DNA of 59,973 bases, the filler included, from Sphacelaria rigidula (lineage: Eukaryota), in assembly GCA_964200075.2 (NCBI GenBank). It is 8 parts of 8 records of this genome, joined end to end, with 100 filler letters (N's around TTAATTAATTAA, not from the genome) between each part and the next. Parts side by side here need not be neighbours in the genome. Positions count along the whole stretch, not along the records: positions 45,057 to 52,465 come from CAXNAA020015061.1; positions 52,566 to 59,973 come from CAXNAA020015062.1; 6 more parts are not named here. The stretch is one strand, 5' to 3'. Position numbers and translations under genes: made by a program. The notes under the pieces were generated by a model that was not told where the DNA came from, did no database searches, and saw only the letters and a list, made by a program, of their open reading frames with translations. Positions 51,121 to 59,973 of the stretch are shown one piece after another (positions within the stretch are counted from its first letter, which is position 1; each line of letters opens with the position of its first letter).

Positions 51121-51817
51121 GGGGAAAAGCAAATATCACTGAACTTTGTGACGTGAATAAAAAACGAAGTGGTGAGACAGTAGTGCAGCGTACATACATG
51201 GCGTTCCGCGTGTACCACCCAAGCGCCAGGAACTACTATATATAATATTAGCACGACAACTTGGTAACCTCTAGGTGTGTGCACTGTGTGGTCATTTTAG
51301 TACGGCAATACATCAGAAATGTTGATTTGAGTATGAAACATGTACACAAAACACTTTGGAGTATGACACATATGTCGGGTGAAGTAACTGGTTTAACTGG
51401 TTACAAAACCCATGAGTTAACCAGTTGTACCCGTTAACTGTAACTAGTCAGTTACACTGGCAGCCAGTGCACAACGCAAATTCACGGGGTTTTGCGTCGA
51501 CTCCAGTCCTACGGGCGAAAAAAACTCACATTTTGTTGTTCCGGGATCAAGTTATCACGTGAATCGAAGCCCTTAATCCAACAATGCGCCGATGGTTGAG
51601 ACTTCGTTGGAAAGCCCGTTGAAGGGAGCTTTCATTCGATATATAGGCTATGTAGGGTGAGGCATCACCTCATCATAGATGAAAAAAACAGGGGATGTCA
51701 CACAAGTGAAGTCATTCCCGGCGCGTTCTCTAGTAGTCCACCCTTAACTGCAAGGGGATTGTGATTCGAACCCGGATTCGCTTGTTTTACAGTTCTCGTA
51801 GCTACGACATGTCCTAT

Positions 51818-52368
51818 GGGAGGGGGTGTACTCACGATATTGCATGCCGTAGTCGTATGACCTTCGATATCGCATCCCTACCGGGACAGAGCACGCCGGC
51901 CCTCCGCCGGACCAGGCTCGCAAATAAATCACCAAGCGCGAAGCGCTGTGATGTGTGTGGCGAGTCGCATCAAGGGTGAGCTGGATCCTGCTAAGATTGT
52001 TCGGCCCGAAGCGTACTAATTATATTGCATATGGGTTACAGCCTCGAATGAGTTGCTTCATTTTCTGGTGTCGCCACTTTCAGAGATATAACTACGAGTT
52101 CCACACTGCCCCATGGGTGTTTTACCATTTCGACTACGTATTGTAGTATGATAGTCTGCCTGACGCAGAATTGAGGCTTTCCCACTCCGTACGACATGAT
52201 CTAGCTCGATCACCATCATGGTTACCGCGAAACAAACGCAAGCGCGCGAAAAAAAACGATAACCTGGTTGCCTGGTGTACGCAGTGAGTGGCGTGTTTGA
52301 TAGTGTGTCATCGCCAACCTACGCCAACTCCATCGGGGGTCCGTCCCTACAAAGCCGGGACGGAGCAC
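51818..52368. mobile_element. G-tract-anchored element, long form
   Basis: Colinear homolog of 8113-8686, ending CCCTACAAAGCCGGGACGGAGCAC. Confidence 0.85.
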
Positions 52369-52465
52369 GTACTTAGAGTGCGAGCATCGCCTTGGAACAG
52401 TTGCACCGGCTGACAGTCCAGGAACATCCGGCGGTTTCCAAGAGGGGGAGTAGGAGTATGGAGGG

Positions 52466-52565
52466 NNNNNNNNNNNNNNNNNNNNNNNNNNNNNNNNNNN
52501 NNNNNNNNNTTAATTAATTAANNNNNNNNNNNNNNNNNNNNNNNNNNNNNNNNNNNNNNNNNNNN
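52466..52565. other. Artificial contig linker
   Basis: Same 100-bp structure. Confidence 0.98.
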
Positions 52566-55500
52566 TTTGGTCGGTTCTACGACCTCTTAACCACTTTTTT
52601 TTCGTGATTTAACACCCCCCCCCCCCCCAATCGTAGCATGGTTCTACGAGTACGAGCAAAGTATTACAATACGTACTGTGTTCGAGTAATCGCATTTGTC
52701 AAAAAACGAACGAAAACGCGCACGAAGTACACGTTGGGTCATGGCACGCATCGAAAAATGGCACATCGGAATGTGACAGATATGTTGCACGGATAATTAT
52801 CGCCGAAAGCGCGATGCTTTACGAGTATCTTACCGGAAATGTAACGGATCGGTTGCTATAGGCGGGACGCTCAAAAGTTAAAGCTGGAGAAGGACACCAG
52901 TAGTGCGGTGAGAGAAAAGGGCGTAGAGTACGTACTTTTTGCTCCTTTGCGGATTATGTACCGTTCTGCGCTGTGCACACGTGACACGGAGTCGCTAGTC
53001 CACGCGGCTGTAAGATGCGAGCAGACAAAATAAATAAGCACTAAATCGTTACTTGCAGTCATCATACGATTGAACAGGATGGATATACTCCTACTACTGT
53101 TGTACGCGCCCCGGCACTGGTCGTCCACCGAACGACCTCGGCAAAACCGAGGGTGTGTGGGGGATTGGAATTATTTTTGATTAAATTTCGTAGGCGATGG
53201 ACGACTTTTCGATATCAACCGGTCAGTGGTTGACGACGTCGTCGAAGTTTCGTTCCAAGTTTCTAAGGTGTTTCGGGACAACACGAGACACACGACGCAC
53301 ATTCGCGGGGACCACCCAGTAACTGAGTGCGAAAGTGAACATTCTCTTACTGCACTGTTGTAGTAGTCGATGACTAAACATGAACGAATCGAGCGGTGCG
53401 GCGTTCAAGTAATGCAAAATATATGTACGACATACACGTATACTGTACTGTGATGTATCGATACGGACTAAATGCAACAACAGTAGTAGTTCCTTGATCC
53501 CAATCCGCTTGGATACCTATTACAGCCAAGTCAAAAATATATGCTGAAAAATGTCTGCATGATTGAGGGGAAAGGCGAAGTGGAAGGAATAGGTCGAGAG
53601 CGGATGTTGATGTTTGTGTGTTGAAGAAAGTACAATACAGTACAGTATCATAGTTTGAAAATGAACGATAAGGTCCGAACAAGCTCACACTCAATGCGTG
53701 AGAGGAGGGAGGCCAGACAGATTGCTTGTCGAGGCTGACGTCAGGGATCGAAGAGCTCGACAATGGGAAAAAATAACAAGCTCCTTTGCTCCAGACTACT
53801 CCAGAGCCATTTTGTGATTGGGGCGGTTACTGTCACGGAGCGCACACACCACAGCAACACAGCTGACTTCGGCGGGAGCAAAGAGATATATCTGGCACCA
53901 TATCTCCCTCGGGAAACTTCGCAAAAAACAACGGACGCATCCATCTGCGTACCACACTGAGAGTCAGTAGGGTTCAGGGAGACAGCAAGAGACACGCGCC
54001 CTTCCCGAAAGGCTCCAAAACACGGAAGCCCGTACGTCGTAAATTTAGGTGATTTGATACACTGATTGTCGCACGTTCACTGATGCGCGACGAATCCAGC
54101 CGTGGTCACAAAATATATCTAGAGTGCAAGGCATAAGTAGTGCAGTAAATTGCAAACCCTGGACATTACGTATACGCGAGCGGAGTCGCGGTGTTGCGAC
54201 CTCTCTCTCGCGCGCGCTCTCTATCTCTCTGCCGAAACACGGTCACACACCTAGATGGGAGAGTTGTGATCTTTGTTGCCGGAGGCCATCGTGGGAACCA
54301 ACACTGCCATCGAACACCTTGCCTAGTCTGCCGTTGTAAACCCCACACTACCTGCAACGCCCATGGTATCATGTACCACCGGTGTGCTGCGCTGTCTGTA
54401 CTGCATCATACTATACTTCTATTGCATACCGTACTTCATTAAGGTGCACATGTTACATACGGGCTGACGACGACAGTCTGCCGAGTCCGTCATACAAGGA
54501 GCAATTTGCCCCCGACGAGCCGCGACCAAGACACGGCGCCATTAGTATATACGTATTTCTGTACAGTGCTGACTGCACTGTTTGCTGTGGGGTACCGCTG
54601 TATTCTGTCTGTACAGTATGATCATATTTTCAAATGTTGTGATGTACACAATCTGTGTACGTTACTGTCTGACTGTACTATGCGTGTGTTGATTGTCTGT
54701 GGGCGGCACGGAGATTTACTCCAGCCACGACCGTCTCGCCGACACGGGGCACAAATTTCGTGTCTCATGTGGAGATTTGGGTGCGCATTTGGGAGAGACT
54801 CTTGCGTGTGTTTGCGTTACTTGGTCGATAGACCACATCGGAAGGGGAAGGGGGGGGAGGGGGGAAATGCAGTCTCCAGATTCTCGAGATGTTTTGACTG
54901 GAAAACCAAGCCCGTCGGGTCGGCGGGGGTTACGGTGTCATGAATCTGCAATGCTAACTATTCCGCGACTCCACCTATCACCACTATGTTGATTGTAATA
55001 AGAGTGAAATGCACTGTCGTCGGACAGATCCTGCGCGATGAGACCTAGCTGTAGCGTCCTGCAAGGCGATTTGCGTGCAGCAAACGACCCTCGCGGTAAG
55101 ACATGAAACTAGGTCAGTTGGCGAAAGGGGCTATGTGCAACGATGTGCACCTAACTGTGTACTGACTGTAAGTACTGCATTGTCCTCAACCGAAACACAC
55201 GGGCGCTCACTTCACAACACACCTTCTCTTGCTTCCCCTGGAATACGGCAAGGTGAAGTCTGGACACCCCTCCTGCATCCATGAGTTGTTTGTGCTTGGC
55301 ACCCATGACTCTTCCGCTCCTACCTGTCTCCAGTTCCTTGCCCTCTTCTCTGTGGTATCGCGGGTGTCATTTTTTTTTTTCGTGCAGTTCACCTTGGTTT
55401 GTTCTCTCCTCAGTGTGCACCAGGAAAGGTACAATATAATGCGGTACAGTAGTTTAATCCTTGTATAGGGCATCTCTGTGTCGTGTATGGACCAAATCAG

Positions 55501-56187
55501 GTATATAGCCACCTCGTGTATGTTACCCGTTCAGTTGTGGACTACTGGAAGAATGCTGTGAGGGGGTCACTCGTCACGGGTACGTTGTGCTATCTGCACA
55601 CATTTCTAATTCTTACAGAAGGGCAGGGATATGTGGGATATGCACTACCGTTCACGTTCGTGGATGAATATGTTGAAAGAAAACAAATTGCTGATGGATT
55701 CGTACCATTCGACGGGTCCTGCTGGAGGAGAATGAAGCGATTATTTTTAGGTCGTATCCACGGGTGCCCAGAAATATCTGAGACCCCAAGTATCTCCCCC
55801 CCACCCCCGGCGGTCGTAGGATTTTTTTTTTTTCATTTTGAGAAACTCTCGTTCAATAGTCATTTTGCGTCGACTTGGGTGAGGTAGCTAGCGCTCATGA
55901 TTGTTGGCCCTATCTGCAACCACAAGATGCGACGCACATTGGATGCAAATTGGCGGTTCAGATAGATGCGTTTAGCTTGATTGACCAAGCATTGCGGAGG
56001 ACTGTGGTTATTCTTGTGGAAGTGTGACATGCAACATATTGCCAAAACCCATAAACATAATTTTGCCTTACTTGGCTCCGAAGGTATGCGAAGAATTGAA
56101 GTCATTCTCCTGTCCACTTCTTGTATTCACCATGGATTCTTACAATTTGAGGATGAACCTTCGGAAGTACTACTGTTGTTGTACAGT

Positions 56188-56672
56188 AAGACCGCTTCTA
56201 GTCTCAAAACGGACTATCTGAGATATGATTTTTTTAGCCTTCGATCGATCACGATTTTTTGGCGGAATTAGGGCCTTGGCGATTTTAGCCTCCTCGGAAA
56301 AATTTGCCATGTTTTTCACGAGGATTCTAGGGCATATTTTCCGTTTTTTTGTACGCCCAGTTTTATTTTGAACTGGTTGCTGGACTTTTGCAGTCGCCCG
56401 AAAAATCGTCCAGTTGTCGGAAAAATCCGTGGTTTTCCCCCAAAACCTCGAAGGGTTTTCGGGCGACTGAAAAAACCCAGAATCTGGCCAAAAGTAAACC
56501 TGGGCGTGCGAAAGATGGGAAAATTGCGCTAGAGCCCTCGTGAAAAAGATAGTAAATATTTCCGAGGAGGCCCAATCCGCCAAGGCCCGTATTCCGCCAA
56601 AAATCCGTGATGAAAGGCTCAAAAAGGGCAGTTCTCAGAGAGTCCGTTTTCAGACCATAGAAGAAGCGGCCG
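56188..56672. mobile_element. Fold-back element (~220-bp arms)
   Basis: aaaacggactatctgaga / tctcagagagtccgtttt; tttttggcggaat..gggccttggcg / cgccaaggccc..ttccgccaaaaa; cagtcgcccgaaaa / ttttcgggcgactg. Confidence 0.82.
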
Positions 56673-58379
56673 TCATATTATTATGCAAATGCACCATCTG
56701 GCCGTCATGTGTAACCTTGCTCATTCTGGAAACAAAATCTGTCTGACTAATGTAAAATCTCGTGTAAACATGAGCATATACATACGCAGTTTTTCAATGC
56801 GGGGGGAATGAACGGAGATCGGAATTGTTTGGTATATATGTGGGATTTTACGAATAAAGCGAGAACGAGATTCCTCCATCATGGGAACGGACAGAAGTCG
56901 AAATTGTGATGGCATCAACGGGTGGTATTGATATCTTCAATGCCCTCACAATTTCGACATCTCATGTGCTGACTGGGCTGTGTCGAGGAAATGGACAGGC
57001 CGCTTTAACCAACACCAAAGCACCACTACGCCGGCAGCGAATGTTAAGACAGCAATCGAATAATCGTCTGCCCTCCTTTCCTCACATGAGGGGGGTCAGG
57101 CCTAAAATATTTCTCAGAGCCAAGAGCAAAGGTTTCGCGAATTCAACCAGACAGATGCGCCCCTTGAACAGCTGAAAAGTTACACTAGAAAAGCGACGTC
57201 GACGCCTTTGTTCATTTCTTCGCGGAGGTGGTTTGTTTTTCGATCAAATTATTCACCTTATAAGCCCATCAAGCAGCGTCCTAGCGGGTGCATTGCGCTG
57301 CAGACCCTTGACAAGATCGTATAACAGCGCGGACAAACCCATGAACGAACGATGAAAACCGCTAGTGACAAGCTAGCTCGTCTGATAGGCGCCGTCAGTC
57401 TCAGTCCCTAGCCCCCGTATACCTCTACCCTCTGTATCTTGTTCCATGGCGTTGTGGGGTTGACATAGAAGCACCATGTGGTACAGCGAGCGTCATGTTG
57501 TGAGCAGTCCAGAGATGACAGGAGCAAACTGCCCCCTTCCCCCACTTCCCTTCCTCGACTACAAACGAAAGAGGGGTAGGCAGGAAGGTAGTGAACTAGA
57601 CTGAAGTGAGATAGTGAGAGTCCCGATCACCCGTCTTCTCCCATGACAGGATAAGGGAAAGGTTCGAGAGTAGCAGGGGAACGAACTAGGGATCCAAATC
57701 ATGGTCTCGTGTGTAAGAGATGGAGTGAAGCAACAAAATGGCGATTTGGCTCGAGCAAGAAACCAACGATTCATACACATGGTAGTTGCGCTTCGTCCAA
57801 CCCTTTGGGAACCCCTCGCTGGTCCCATAACCGTATGTCGATACAGGATGAATAACCCAAGAAGTGGCATCAGCCAGTGTAGACCAAGTCAATTTTCCCG
57901 CTATGGAGTGCTCGCGACCAGGGCATCGAAATAACAAAAAATCCTTGTTAAACGCGCCTCTTCTACGACACACACGTACTTGCTCCGACGGATGCGACTA
58001 GAGTATTCAGTCTTTCACTCCCATGTTACTCTTTACGGTAACGCATTTACGACATGGGGTTGTGTGTCATTTTTGCCATATCTCTTCCGTTGTCTTCGCC
58101 ACAGAAGCTCTCACAAACACTCTCCAAAAGAGGCTTGACTTCCTCAAGACAGCTCCAGGTCTCGAAGGATGAAATTTGAAGGGAAAAAAAAACGGGAAAA
58201 GATGTCTACTCAATATTGATCGCCCCCTTCCCCCTCTTCCTTCTTCGACAATATCCGAGGAAATCTCCCCGCTACCGGGCTCGCCTCTCATGCCCACTCG
58301 TTGGCGCAGCATATGGTCAAGACAGTAATCCCACTACAACAGAAACAACGGCATCTTGAACGCTACCGAAGGCTTTCAG

Positions 58380-58517
58380 TTAGCTGTAGTTGCCCATCAT
58401 GATGACGTCGTCGATCTTGAGAATCATCTTCACCACCTGGGTCGCCAGCAACAGCTGCTGCTGCTTGCCGATGAGGGTCTCGAAGATCCCTTGCTCCTTC
58501 ATGTCCCAGGTCCCCGC
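58380..58517 (-). CDS. CCT5: T-complex protein 1 subunit epsilon, last exon
   Basis: [45 protein letters not shown] matches the CCT5 signature GTx[23 protein letters not shown]. Missed by the ORF track. Confidence 0.95.
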   Translation of the reverse strand, partial: AGTWDMKEQGIFETLIGKQQQLLLATQVVKMILKIDDVIMMGNYS

Positions 58518-59479
58518 CTTTTGTTGCATGATATGGTGGAGGTATCGCGTGGTATGGTGGGCATTGCGTGGGGAAAAGCCAACGAGGCGCGAGAGATCGT
58601 TCGAGTGTTTCAGTAGTGATGGCTGCTACTGATGCTGAGCGTGATGGTGAATACCACCCCAACCACTGCTGCTGCTAATACTGCGAACGAAAACAGGGGC
58701 TCACAGGTGTGTCAGACGGCCTTACTACCTGCGGTACGTTTGTATTTGGATGAAAATGGTGTCAAGTGGTATGAGCGAGTGTTTATTCTTCGTGAAAAGC
58801 GAGTCCGAACAAACGTTGCTACCTAAAACAACAACGTTGATGTCGACTCCGTCGAAAAATGGCCCAAAAATATCCCCTCCACCCTCTCGTAGCGTCACTC
58901 GTAGCACGGTGACATCTTGCGCGTCAGCTCATGTGGAGCAATCAGGTGAGCCGCAGCGACCCTCGCCGTCTCATCTCACTCTAGGTCAGCTCATATCACA
59001 ACCCTCGAAATACAGGTGGGAGCTCGATGGACCATTGGGTACGCAAATCACAGAAGAAGAGATAATAGAGCAACACAGTGATTCCTCAATGTCCTCGTGA
59101 GATTATCAAGATACTCCAATTATGGATTGCACAGTAACCTGAGGCCACGACATATTATTTCAGATAAATGTTCCCAAAATCTGCAGAGGAGGACAATATC
59201 CTGATGAACACGCGCGGGGTGCATCTTGGACATGTATCCAAGGACTGCTCACAAGGGTGGCGTTTTTCTCTGCTGATGCAGCACGTACTGACCCCAACCA
59301 TTTCATCACCAACAGTAGGGTCTTCGGTTCGCCAAAAGCAAGATGAAACACTTTCTAGTTGGGCATATATACATGCACTTATTAGAGCAGACTAGGGATA
59401 GTGGCGCCGTCCTTTGTACAACACAGCCCTTCTTTTTTCCGTCGCGTCGAAGACGTCTACACACTTGAATAGGCAGTAC

Positions 59480-59629
59480 CTGGTTACAGTCAATCCCCAG
59501 CGTTGAGATACCGTCTGCGATTTGTCGTGACTTCACCGCCGACAGCTCCGTGATGGGCGACAGTCCCGCGTTCTCCGCGAGAGCCATGGGGATATCGTCC
59601 AGCGCATCCGCAAAGCTCCGCACCGCGTA
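59480..59629 (-). CDS. CCT5: T-complex protein 1 subunit epsilon, penultimate exon
   Basis: [50 protein letters not shown] matches the CCT5 C-terminal region. cag acceptor, CAG|GTACTG donor, 150 bp. Confidence 0.93.
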
Positions 59630-59973
59630 CTGTTGTTGTCACAGACAACAACATCCAACAGGTATTCGCGCAAGCGGTGTACATGCACCAGATGGGGGTG
59701 AGCGTGGGCGGAAGGAGGAACAAGTGAGGGGGGCGAGAGGGGGGTTGATTGCATGGCATGCATCCAAACGACAAACAGCGGCCAGGATATGATGTTTACA
59801 ACACGTCTCAAGTATTATTGCGGGATGCATGCTCGAGGACAAGGGCCTCGTACTATGTGGAGGCCAGCACCCTTCCTCCTCGGTTTACGAAACGTCCGTG
59901 ATGGGAGAGGCTTGGGAGGGGGTACTCGTGATCATGCATGCCATAGTTGTAAGACCGTTGACTTCGCATCCCT

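Noticed and set aside
7455-52521. TTAATTAATTAA recurring every ~7.5 kb
   Set aside because: Assembly linker between length-sorted contigs, not biological periodicity.
53790-53960. F-box-like peptide FPREIWCQIYLFAP on the minus strand
   Set aside because: Short, closed by a nearby stop, no supporting exons; may be chance.

Overview
Eukaryotic, intron-rich, ~50% GC nuclear DNA, most likely a brown alga or related stramenopile (inferred from WPASLQQL-type FNIP repeats, ~0.5-2 kb GT-AG introns and the repeat landscape). The window is not one locus. It is eight contigs of 7410, 7410, 7409, 7409, 7409, 7409, 7409 and 7408 bp, sorted by length and joined by artificial N44-TTAATTAATTAA-N44 linkers. 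Genes I can support: (1) a ~29-repeat FNIP protein whose array runs into a frameshift and then into decayed, partly inverted repeats; (2) five exons of an RGG-rich cold-shock-domain (UNR/CSDE1-like) RNA-binding protein; (3) an apparently complete 4-exon gene for a 225-aa secreted Cys-rich protein with an acidic, Tyr-rich tail; (4) the last two coding exons of chaperonin CCT5. Much of the rest is transposon-derived: tRNA-headed SINEs, fold-back MITEs (one with a perfect 8-bp TSD), and a very abundant G/C-tract-anchored element that sits at six contig ends. The most unusual structure is a ~900-bp array of about 20 units with 42-43-bp periodicity (5280-6180), built from a conserved palindrome plus a second box and separated by non-repeating spacers. 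Most ORFs in the supplied track are spurious.
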